Below are positions 53,923 through 61,422 of a stretch of 61,422 nt of DNA, piece after piece; within the stretch, counting starts at the first letter, position 1; each line of letters opens with the position of its first letter. The position numbers and the translations under genes are program-made. Source of the DNA: a virus (taxonomy: Duplodnaviria; Caudoviricetes); IMG/VR virus record IMGVR_UViG_3300033407_000369, positions 1 to 61,422 of that record. The stretch is one strand, 5' to 3'. The notes beneath the pieces were generated by a model that made no database searches, was not told the DNA's origin, and saw only the letters and a program-made list of their open reading frames with translations.

Positions 53923-54101
53923 CCCACCAACCTCCTCCCAAAATTGATTACCGCCATATCCACAAAAGCTGATTTGTTCGGCTGTCCGGCCAATATCTCC
54001 ACCGCTTCCGGTGATAGGCAAATGCTGATCGTCTTTTTCTTTTTGCCCGGGGGCTTCGGCTTCGCCCCTGAGCCTTCCCGCTTCCCGCCTTGGTTGGTCA
54101 T
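53919..54101 (-). CDS. Small DNA-binding protein (GGKREGSG + RHH-like)
   Basis: QGGKREGSGAKP...ISICLS...NKSAFV. Confidence 0.6.
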   Translation of the reverse strand: MTNQGGKREGSGAKPKPPGKKKKTISICLSPEAVEILAGQPNKSAFVDMAVINFGRRLVG

Positions 54102-54505
54102 GATTGACAGTCCCCATAGCAGTAGGAGTGGCATTTTGGGCAGTATCCGGAGTGTTGCGCGTTCCGGCGATCTTGCTCGGCAAGCTCTACGCGCTCAAAG
54201 TTGATTTCGGTGGCCGCGGCTTCCTCGACGCTCAGCGGGGCGGGTTGCTCAACTGCTTTTGGCTCTTCGGTTGCGGTGACCTCACCGTCAAACCCGCCGC
54301 ACCACATGCAGTTGATGTATGCCTTGACCATTCCCATTTCGGCCATTTTGGCCCGTGCTGCGGCCATGTAGTCAATGCCGTTACCGGTGTTTTCCACAAC
54401 CACATCAACCCCTGGGGTTTTTGTGGCGTAGTCTTGCCAAGCGTAGCCAAGAGCTTTCCGAGGGTCGCCGCTGTAGTCGCTGGGGATGATGTTGATTACG
54501 TTCAT
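54098..54505 (-). CDS. Hypothetical protein with C-terminal CPKCHSYCYGDC
   Basis: RBS AAGGAG; AT-rich upstream gap. Confidence 0.6.
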   Translation of the reverse strand: MNVINIIPSDYSGDPRKALGYAWQDYATKTPGVDVVVENTGNGIDYMAAARAKMAEMGMVKAYINCMWCGGFDGEVTATEEPKAVEQPAPLSVEEAAATEINFERVELAEQDRRNAQHSGYCPKCHSYCYGDCQS

Positions 54506-54606
54506 TTTATTTCTCCTTGGGTTTGCGGTTAGCTTTCTTGCTTCCCTTTGATTTCATTATATAGGATTTTCAAAAAAAGAAAAGAAAATAATGCACAACC
54601 ACGAAA

Positions 54607-56169
54607 TTATTTTTCGTACCCCTTGAATATCTCCGCCCGGATATCCGCAGTCCGCTGCAAAACCCCAACCGGGTCAACAAAATCATACACCATCGGGGTC
54701 TTGCCCTCTGCCGGCCGCAAGATCCGCCCGATCACCTGGATCAGCCGTCCTTTGGCCTTGATTGGCGTGGTCAGGAACAGCGAATCCAAGCCGGGGCAAT
54801 CAAACCCCTCCCCGATCAGCTGGACGGTGGCAATCAAAATATCCAGCCGCCCCGCCCTGACATCGGCCACAACCCTATCTCGCTGCCCAGAATCCAACTG
54901 GCCAACCAGCAGCTTAACCCGGATGGATGACCGCTCTTCCCTCAGCAACGCGGCCAGCTTCCGACAATGGCCAACCCGGTCAGACACCACCAGTGCAATC
55001 CCGTCCTGCTCAGTTACGGTTTTCAAAACCCTATCGACGATCAATTGATTTCTAGCCCCGGAACCAACCAGAGCTTTGATTAGTGATTGGTAGTCTCCCC
55101 GATAAAAATAGCTGAACCGCGTGGGTATTTGGACAAATTCAGGTCGTAAAACAGCCCCGGACTTATGCAATTGCTCGGTATCTACACGGTGGACGATTGG
55201 GCCGATGTAAAACTCAATCAGCTTCGACAGGCCATCGTGGCGGAAGGCCGTGGCGGATAATCCCAATAAATATTTGCAATCAAACGCGGTTACGACCTCG
55301 GTGAACATGCTGGCTGGCACTCGGTGGGCCTCGTCAACTATCACCTGGCCAAAATGTTTGGGTAGTTCATCCAGCCGATTTTTCGCGGAATTGATAATTG
55401 CAACCGTTACCGGCCGGATTTCGTCACGGCCATCCCCGATCAACCCAGCCTGGATGCCCAAGAACGCCTCAATTCGCTCGGCCCACTGATAAAGCAGCTC
55501 TTTCGAGTGGACAAAAATGATCGTCGGTTGCCCTCGCATAGCAATGACGGCCAGGCCGATAACCGTTTTCCCTGATCCTGTTCCGGATTCCAGCACCGCC
55601 TCGTCATGCTGGCGAATGGCCCTGACAGCGTTTCGCTGATATGGCCGGAGCATCCCGGAAAAGTTAAAATTCACCGGCTCGCACAATTTTCGGTCATCAA
55701 TCGTTTTTGCATCCGGGCATAACTCCAAAACCCTGGACAAAAACCCATGTGGAAAAACAATTCCGTCACCCATTTTCCCAAAACAACAAATTTCCGGCAG
55801 CAAGTCCGGCCCAATCCAGCGGCCAAAGCGCAGGGCTTCAGCGTGTTTGGGATTTGGGACAGTCAATTCTTTTTTGATTTGGGCGATTAAATCCGGCTGG
55901 ACATTTTGCAAATGGCATTTTTTGCCGATGATTAGCCGGGGTGGGCCGGTAATTTCCGTTTTTTGGGCGGATTGGGGTTTGACCTTCCCAATTCCTGGCA
56001 GGTTGTATTTGGGCAAAAGCCTGGCGGCCGCTGCCAATTGCCCATCCGATAATTTACCGGATTTTTGATATTCGGCGGTCAGGACGGCAAGCAACATCCG
56101 ATCCGGCAAATGATAATCGCCGGTAGATTTGAGGTGGAGCAACCCGGCATATATTTGGTCAGCGTTCAT
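54607..56169 (-). CDS. SF2 DEAH-box helicase
   Basis: LRPYQ, GTGSGKT, DEAH, SAT, EGFD and QVIGRILR motifs. Confidence 0.93.
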   Translation of the reverse strand: MNADQIYAGLLHLKSTGDYHLPDRMLLAVLTAEYQKSGKLSDGQLAAAARLLPKYNLPGIGKVKPQSAQKTEITGPPRLIIGKKCHLQNVQPDLIAQIKKELTVPNPKHAEALRFGRWIGPDLLPEICCFGKMGDGIVFPHGFLSRVLELCPDAKTIDDRKLCEPVNFNFSGMLRPYQRNAVRAIRQHDEAVLESGTGSGKTVIGLAVIAMRGQPTIIFVHSKELLYQWAERIEAFLGIQAGLIGDGRDEIRPVTVAIINSAKNRLDELPKHFGQVIVDEAHRVPASMFTEVVTAFDCKYLLGLSATAFRHDGLSKLIEFYIGPIVHRVDTEQLHKSGAVLRPEFVQIPTRFSYFYRGDYQSLIKALVGSGARNQLIVDRVLKTVTEQDGIALVVSDRVGHCRKLAALLREERSSIRVKLLVGQLDSGQRDRVVADVRAGRLDILIATVQLIGEGFDCPGLDSLFLTTPIKAKGRLIQVIGRILRPAEGKTPMVYDFVDPVGVLQRTADIRAEIFKGYEK

Positions 56170-56353
56170 CGATTTTGGCCAGCTGTACGATTATTTGCGT
56201 TATGGCATTAACGCATCCGTCTAATTTTTTCTCCAGATTTTGTAATCGCCTTTCATGGTCTTGGGCAATAAGTATTTGTTTTGGCGTTTTCTTCTTCCCG
56301 GCGTATGGGTAATCTTGCAAATTATGATGGTCAACCCAAATTCTGTCTTTCAT
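56159..56353 (-). CDS. Hypothetical protein
   Basis: RBS GAGG; C-terminal coiled coil. Confidence 0.4.
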   Translation of the reverse strand: MKDRIWVDHHNLQDYPYAGKKKTPKQILIAQDHERRLQNLEKKLDGCVNAITQIIVQLAKIDER

Positions 56354-56363
56354 TTCTCGCACC

Positions 56364-56870
56364 TCAAAAAATTCCCTTGATCTCGGCAAACGCATCCCTA
56401 ACCGTCCTCTCTGACCAGCGCCCGGACAGATGTTTGACAATCGCCCGTTTAATTTCCGATGCGCTACAATCCGGGGCGATCCCCAATATCTCCGTAGGCC
56501 CGCCAAAGATAATCGCGCAAACCTCTTTCGCCTCCTGGCCCAGCTTGGCCACGGAATCCTTAAACTCGACCGCCCTGGATGGATTTGCAAACGATCCGGG
56601 CAACTCAACATCCGAATCAATCGGGCAATGCCGAAATTCCTTTTTGCCAAAATCCACCAGGGCGTTGACCACACATCGGTAGATCATCGTGGACGGCCTG
56701 CCCTTCTCCGGGCGCCACGCCGCTGCCGCTTCGCACAATCCCTCGTAGGCGACCGATTTCAGCTCGTCCATGTTAATCCCGGACTTTTTGTGGAATTGCC
56801 AAGCGAGTTGGTGGGCTTGGTCGATGTATTTGGCCATAATAAGTTTGGATGGATATTTGTTGCGGGTCAT
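56364..56870 (-). CDS. Sigma70 region 2-like factor
   Basis: DELKSVAYEGLCEAAAAWRPEKG-x-x-ST resembles DL-x-Q-x-x-x-x-GL-x-x-A-x-x-x-FD-x-x-x-G-x-x-FST. Confidence 0.65.
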   Translation of the reverse strand: MTRNKYPSKLIMAKYIDQAHQLAWQFHKKSGINMDELKSVAYEGLCEAAAAWRPEKGRPSTMIYRCVVNALVDFGKKEFRHCPIDSDVELPGSFANPSRAVEFKDSVAKLGQEAKEVCAIIFGGPTEILGIAPDCSASEIKRAIVKHLSGRWSERTVRDAFAEIKGIF

Positions 56871-57445
56871 TTTATTATCTCGGTGAAAATATTTTTGATA
56901 GCATCCCACGCAGCATCCCACGCAGCATCCCACGCAGCAGCCCCCGCAGCATCCCCCGCAGCAGCCCCCGCAGCATCCCTCGCAGCAGCCCTCGCAGCAT
57001 CCCCCGCAGCATCCCTCGCAGCATCCCACGCAGCATCCCACGCAGCATCCCTCGCAGCAGCCCTCGCAGCATCCCCCGCAGCATCCCTCGCAGCATCCCA
57101 CGCAGCATCTAGCTCTTTTTGTGTTTTTCCCCCTTTAACAAACAACTCTGCGGTCACAACCGCTTCTTGGCTTCTGGGGTCAGCCAGTAAATCCCAGACT
57201 TTCCGACCGTCGGCAAGCGGGGTTTCGCGGATAACCCGGCAAATGAATGTCCGCCAGATATTATCCAACTCCGGCTCTGCCTGGCAACACCAAAGGACAT
57301 CATCCAGCCCATTTGATATCAGGATTGTCAAGAACGGCAGCGGTTCGTTGTCAGCCTTCGTCTTCCCGAGGAATTTCAGAAGTTTTTCCCACCCGTCTTT
57401 GCATGGGGAATGGGCCTTAATTCGGTTGAGTGTGGTGGTAATCAT
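56867..57445 (-). CDS. Phage protein with AA(W/R/G)(D/A) tetrapeptide repeats
   Basis: TTLNRIK-x-x-x-PC-x-x-GW-x-KLL N-terminus; 12-bp repeat C-terminus. Confidence 0.75.
   Translation of the reverse strand: MITTTLNRIKAHSPCKDGWEKLLKFLGKTKADNEPLPFLTILISNGLDDVLWCCQAEPELDNIWRTFICRVIRETPLADGRKVWDLLADPRSQEAVVTAELFVKGGKTQKELDAAWDAARDAAGDAARAAARDAAWDAAWDAARDAAGDAARAAARDAAGAAAGDAAGAAAWDAAWDAAWDAIKNIFTEIIK
56901..57109. repeat. 12-bp tandem repeat, consensus GCAGCATCCCHC, about 17 units
   Basis: Direct reading; coding on the - strand. Confidence 0.9.
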
Positions 57446-57457
57446 TGTCGTGTCTCC

Positions 57458-57739
57458 TTAGTCCAAAAGGTCAAAAAAGTAATCTGGCTCTAATCCAAAA
57501 TCTTCCGAAAGCACCTCTTCCGGGTCATCAGCGGCCCGCCCACACGCTTCCAACACCGCCGAGTCAGGCCAGTATCCCCGCATTTCAGCAACCAGGCTTG
57601 TTACCTCGGTAGCCGTCGGGCATTGCTTTTTTGTCACCGCCACCCGGTCAGGAGCATCCGGCCCACCAAAATTAGCAACCGTTACCCTCACGTAGGTGTC
57701 AATCGCTTCCAGTGTCAAACTTCCGAGTCTGTATTTCAT
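57458..57739 (-). CDS. Hypothetical protein, first gene of the early arm
   Basis: RBS GGGAG; C-terminal FGLEPDY. Confidence 0.6.
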   Translation of the reverse strand: MKYRLGSLTLEAIDTYVRVTVANFGGPDAPDRVAVTKKQCPTATEVTSLVAEMRGYWPDSAVLEACGRAADDPEEVLSEDFGLEPDYFFDLLD

Positions 57740-57789
57740 GGCCTACTCCCTTTGGCTTTGGTTGGTGGGGTTCCGATTTCCTCAACCCC

Positions 57790-57915
57790 GTTAAAAACAT
57801 ATTAATTTATTCAAAATAAAAAGGAAACCATTTTTCTATTAATTTTCTAATAATTTATAAAAAACTCACTTTCCCCTTTATTTTCCCCGCCCCACCCCAT
57901 ATAAAACCCATAGGA
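57790..57915. promoter_or_regulatory. Divergent AT-rich control region between early arm and packaging genes
   Basis: Strand switch and very low GC; individual boxes not assigned. Confidence 0.5.
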
Positions 57916-57924
57916 GGAACACAG

Positions 57925-58557
57925 ATGGTCAGACAATCAAAGCCAGGACAAATCAAATCCCCGGCAATCAAACCCAAGATCAAGTTGCCGAAAAAACCTA
58001 AGCGGGAACCGTTGAGATTGCACGATGGCAGGGTCTTGCAAAACAAAGTGGGTTGCCCCCCTGTATATCATCCGGTAGATACTCCGGTCCTGGCCCGCAA
58101 TATGATGCTGCTTGCAAATTGTACCGACGAAAGATTAGCGGATTTGCTGGGTATTACTGTTGAATGTATCTATAAGTGGTGTAACGAGTATCCAGAATTC
58201 ATTCAGGCCATCAATGATGGCCGCGACCGTGCTGACGCCCAAGTGGTGCGGAGTTTGTTCCAGCGGGCCGTCGGATATACCCATGATGATGTCCATGTTT
58301 CATCCTTTCAAGGGGAGGTGACGCTGACCCCAATCAAGAAGCACTACCCGCCTGATGTCGGCGCAATCCAAATGTATCTGGCTAATCGGACCAGACGCCG
58401 ACCGGAAGAAGAAAGGTGGCGGGTCAATCAAAATATCGAACTGACCGGCAGAGACGGCAAAGCCCTCCAGCAGACCACGATCAACCAATGCATAATCATC
58501 CTCCCGCAAAAGCAAATGGCGGATCAGCTAGACAATCAACAGGTAATTGACATCTGA
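57925..58557 (+). CDS. terS: Terminase small subunit
   Basis: HTH (TDERLADLLGI...IYKW...YPEF), SLFQRAVGY, KHYPPD and ELTG-x-DG motifs; upstream of TerL. Confidence 0.8.
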   Translation: MVRQSKPGQIKSPAIKPKIKLPKKPKREPLRLHDGRVLQNKVGCPPVYHPVDTPVLARNMMLLANCTDERLADLLGITVECIYKWCNEYPEFIQAINDGRDRADAQVVRSLFQRAVGYTHDDVHVSSFQGEVTLTPIKKHYPPDVGAIQMYLANRTRRRPEEERWRVNQNIELTGRDGKALQQTTINQCIIILPQKQMADQLDNQQVIDI

Positions 58558-59993
58558 TGGGCCAGGCCGAGCAAATACAGGAGCCAACCAGGATCAGCCC
58601 CCAGCCCGGCCCGCAAACCCAATTTTTGGAATGTGATGCCGATGTGGTATTTTATGGCGGTTCTGCCGGTGGCGGCAAATCGTTTGCTCTGTTGCTCGAT
58701 CCGCTATATCATTATAACAACCCATTGTTTGGCGCCGTAATCTTTCGCCGAACCATGAAGCAAGTCACAAACGAGGGTGGGTTGTGGGACACCGCTACTG
58801 AGCTGTATGTACCGATTAATGGTACCCCGATCCAATCCCCGACATACCATTTCACATTTCCGTCCGGGATGCAGGTTTCGTTTGCCCATATGGAGCACGA
58901 GAAAAACCGGCTGGATTGGCAGGGTTCGCAAATACCGTGGATTGGATTTGACGAACTGACGCATTTCACCTGGAAGCAGTTCAGCTATATGTTTTCCCGC
59001 AATCGTTCTGGTTCGGGTGCTGCCGGGAAAATTCGTGGAACATGCAACCCTGACCCTGACAGCTGGGTCCGCAAATTCATCGACTGGTATATCGGGGCTG
59101 ACGGGTATGCTATCCCGGAGCGTTCGGGGGTTGTTCGCTGGCTGATTGTTGAAGGGGACGAAATTGTCTGGGCAAACAGTAGACGGGAGTTGCTGGAGCT
59201 GTATCCCGGCAGGACAGACGGCGTTGATATTTTTCCAACTTCATTTACTTTTATCCGCTCGTCAGTCTACGACAACAAAATCCTGCTCAAAAAAGATCCA
59301 CGGTATTTGGCCAACCTTCATGCCCTGAGCCGGGTTGAAAAAGCCCAGCTTTTGGATGGCAACTGGAACGTCAGACCGTCCGCAGGTGAATTCTTCAACC
59401 GCAACGACTTCGAAATCGTCTCTGCTGTCCCCGCCGGTGCTAAAAGGGTCAGGGCATGGGATCTCGCCGGGACTGACCGGGACGCAGACGACAAAAAGAA
59501 TCGCAAAGACGGCGGCCCGGCATATACCGCTGGGGTCAAAATGGCTAAGGTTGGCGGCATCTACTACATTGAGGATGTCAATCGTTTTCAAATTGATGCC
59601 AGCCGGGTGATTTCGTCCATCCGAAACATTGCCAGTCTGGACGGGGTAAAAGTATCTATTCGCCTCCCACAAGACCCTGGCCAAGCTGGCAAGTCGCAAG
59701 TCAAAGCGTTTATCAAAGAGCTGGCCGGGTATGTGGTCAAATCACTGCCGGTCACCGGGTCAAAGATCGCCAGGGCAACCCCAATGTCCGCCCAAGCACA
59801 GGCCGGGAACGTCAAGTTAGTTAGGGGTGCCTGGAATGAGGCGTTTTTGATCGAAGCTGAGAATTTCCCGGAGGGGACATATAAAGACCAGATTGACGCA
59901 GCTGCGGATGCATTTGACGAGCTGACCAACATCAAGCGGGTTGGCGTTTGGGGAACCCAGCCGGACGAATGGACCAACAGGGGGCGCAGATGA
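58557..59993 (+). CDS. terL: Terminase large subunit
   Basis: PQPGPQ, YGGSAGGGKS, FDELTHF, TCNP, WDLA and DQIDA motifs. Confidence 0.95.
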   Translation: MGQAEQIQEPTRISPQPGPQTQFLECDADVVFYGGSAGGGKSFALLLDPLYHYNNPLFGAVIFRRTMKQVTNEGGLWDTATELYVPINGTPIQSPTYHFTFPSGMQVSFAHMEHEKNRLDWQGSQIPWIGFDELTHFTWKQFSYMFSRNRSGSGAAGKIRGTCNPDPDSWVRKFIDWYIGADGYAIPERSGVVRWLIVEGDEIVWANSRRELLELYPGRTDGVDIFPTSFTFIRSSVYDNKILLKKDPRYLANLHALSRVEKAQLLDGNWNVRPSAGEFFNRNDFEIVSAVPAGAKRVRAWDLAGTDRDADDKKNRKDGGPAYTAGVKMAKVGGIYYIEDVNRFQIDASRVISSIRNIASLDGVKVSIRLPQDPGQAGKSQVKAFIKELAGYVVKSLPVTGSKIARATPMSAQAQAGNVKLVRGAWNEAFLIEAENFPEGTYKDQIDAAADAFDELTNIKRVGVWGTQPDEWTNRGRR

Positions 59994-60727
59994 AAGTCGC
60001 AGTTATCCCGGCTAGATTCGATTCGTCTCGTTTTCCGGGGAAACCGCTGGCCCTCATTGCGGGCAAACCGATGGTCATCCGGGTTTGGGAACAGGCCATA
60101 AAAATTCCTGGCGTTGATTTGGTGGCTGTGGCTACTGATGATGGTTTGATTGCCAATGCGGTTAGAGATGCTGGTGGAATCGCTTGGATGACAGGGGAAC
60201 ATCAATCTGGGACCGACCGCATTGCAGAAGCCTGCTCTCTTATGCCAGCCGACGCGATTGTCTTGAACGTACAGGGCGATTTACCGTTTTTCCGGCCTGA
60301 GGTAGGGGCAGAACTTATCCGGGCCTTAGAGAGCGATCCTGGAGCTGATATCGCTACCCCGGTCATTGCCGTAAAGGACGATATTGTTCCGACTAGTAAA
60401 AATGCGGTTAAGGCGGTCTTCGGGTCTAGCGGAAATGCACTCTATTTCAGCCGGGCGGTTATCCCGTTTGTCCGGGAAATTACAGATGGTCCGCTCTGGT
60501 ATCGCCATATCGGGGTTTATTGCTATCGCAATTCGGCATTGCAGAGATTCGCCAAGTTGCCGCAATCCCGGCTTGAGAAAATTGAGTGTTTGGAACAACT
60601 CCGGGCGCTGGAAAACGGGATGAAGATCAAATGCGTCGTTGTAGACAAAGATTGCGGGCCTGAAATTAACTGCCCGAATGATTTGAAAAGACTACAGGAG
60701 GAACAAAATGGAATTGCTGCATGTTGA
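59990..60727 (+). CDS. kdsB: 3-deoxy-manno-octulosonate cytidylyltransferase (CMP-Kdo synthetase)
   Basis: IPARFDSSRFPGKPL, ATDD, SGTDR, NVQGD, ALYFSR, HIGVY and LEQLRALENG motifs. Confidence 0.95.
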   Translation: MKVAVIPARFDSSRFPGKPLALIAGKPMVIRVWEQAIKIPGVDLVAVATDDGLIANAVRDAGGIAWMTGEHQSGTDRIAEACSLMPADAIVLNVQGDLPFFRPEVGAELIRALESDPGADIATPVIAVKDDIVPTSKNAVKAVFGSSGNALYFSRAVIPFVREITDGPLWYRHIGVYCYRNSALQRFAKLPQSRLEKIECLEQLRALENGMKIKCVVVDKDCGPEINCPNDLKRLQEEQNGIAAC

Positions 60728-61034
60728 TGACGATGGTGGGAGAGGGGCATATTTCCCGCGTTTCCCGAGGGAGGTCCAGCAGGTTTCGATTTCCGCTTCT
60801 GCAAGCGTTGCGGTTTCGGTTCCGACCGGTGCCAGATATGTGATTTTCGGGTTTGAGCCAGGGGCAAATGTGGCTGTCCGGGCAAACGCCGCTGCCGTCT
60901 ACCCTGCCGGGGCGTTAGCGGATGGGAGTGGAGCGCTGATCAGCCCGAGTCAGTTCAATGTCGAGGAATTGGTGACATTGAACTTTATTGCAAAATCTAC
61001 TGCCACGGTTGTTTCGTTGGCCTTTTACAAATAA
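60708..61034 (+). CDS. Hypothetical beta-rich protein (possibly virion-associated)
   Basis: RBS AGGAGG; VP-x-GA-x-Y motif. Confidence 0.5.
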   Translation: MELLHVDDDGGRGAYFPRFPREVQQVSISASASVAVSVPTGARYVIFGFEPGANVAVRANAAAVYPAGALADGSGALISPSQFNVEELVTLNFIAKSTATVVSLAFYK

Positions 61035-61046
61035 GGGGGTAGACGA

Positions 61047-61422
61047 ATGCAAGGAATGTTCACGGGTGGGCCAGGTGGGGCAGACCCGAACACTTTAGCA
61101 CCAATCCAATTGTCCTATTCCAGTCTTTCGTCCCTCGCTGATGCCTCCGGGCTAACCCTTGGGCGGAAATACCAGATCGCATATCAGGGGCGAGGGCAAC
61201 AGCCCGGAACCGGGGGCGCAGTCACATTTACAGGCGCAGAGGAAACCCTGATTCTGACCGCCGCAACCAGCAGCACCCTGGAAAAGATTGCTGAGTCGGT
61301 GACTTACCCAGACGATATTGTACACTATAGTCTCAGCAACGCTTTTTACGCTGACGGCTTGAGCCAAACCGGCACCGTGACGTATCGTAAATATGTCCCC
61401 CGCGCCGTTGAGGCTGACTTTG
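61047..61422 (+). CDS. Hypothetical protein, 3' truncated by window
   Basis: Open frame MQGMFTGG...SVTYPDDIVHY... running off the window end. Confidence 0.55.
   Translation, partial: MQGMFTGGPGGADPNTLAPIQLSYSSLSSLADASGLTLGRKYQIAYQGRGQQPGTGGAVTFTGAEETLILTAATSSTLEKIAESVTYPDDIVHYSLSNAFYADGLSQTGTVTYRKYVPRAVEADF

Noticed and set aside
56364-57112. Cys/Gly-rich (GCCEGCC), MLRG and SIPR repeat ORFs
   Set aside because: Alternative frames of the 12-bp repeat; the Ala-rich frame has a proper start and a recognisable N-terminal domain.
1-61422. Integrase/repressor lysogeny module or integron integrase
   Set aside because: No tyrosine or serine recombinase motifs in any ORF. The genome is incomplete here, so lifestyle cannot be determined.

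Overview
Most of a tailed dsDNA phage genome with siphovirus-type organisation. It is permuted and incomplete: no portal gene is present, and both window ends fall inside genes. The + strand carries the late arm: endolysin end, holin, head protease/scaffold, major capsid protein, a 7.4-kb sugar-modification/glycosyltransferase cluster, neck, tail tube, frameshifted chaperone, tape measure and tail tip (1-22224). It resumes at 57925 with TerS, TerL and KdsB. The - strand (22.2-57.7 kb) is the early/replication arm: split SbcCD, endonuclease VII, 5'-3' exonuclease, RecA, gp32-like SSB, DnaX/DnaE/DnaN, DnaB, DnaC-like loader, initiator with iterons, primase, SF2 helicase and a sigma-like factor. 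Four things stand out. (1) Three non-coding arrays of strict 5-nt period (GGY + variable NN), each ending in a shared CAAGGGCTA hairpin tail, flank a stand-alone Cas7/RAMP-like gene (27.6-29.0 kb); this is a candidate RNA-guided system with a non-contiguous code. (2) Nine integron attC-like sites (47.3-50.5 kb) have core sites that pair across cassettes, carry phage genes inverted relative to normal cassettes, and have no integrase in the window. (3) A CmoA + AsnB + C5-methyltransferase (motif X Asn to Arg) module suggests carboxymethyl-cytosine DNA hypermodification. (4) A possible virion-glycosylation pathway is embedded in the head operon. All calls come from motif reading by eye; no database searches were run.
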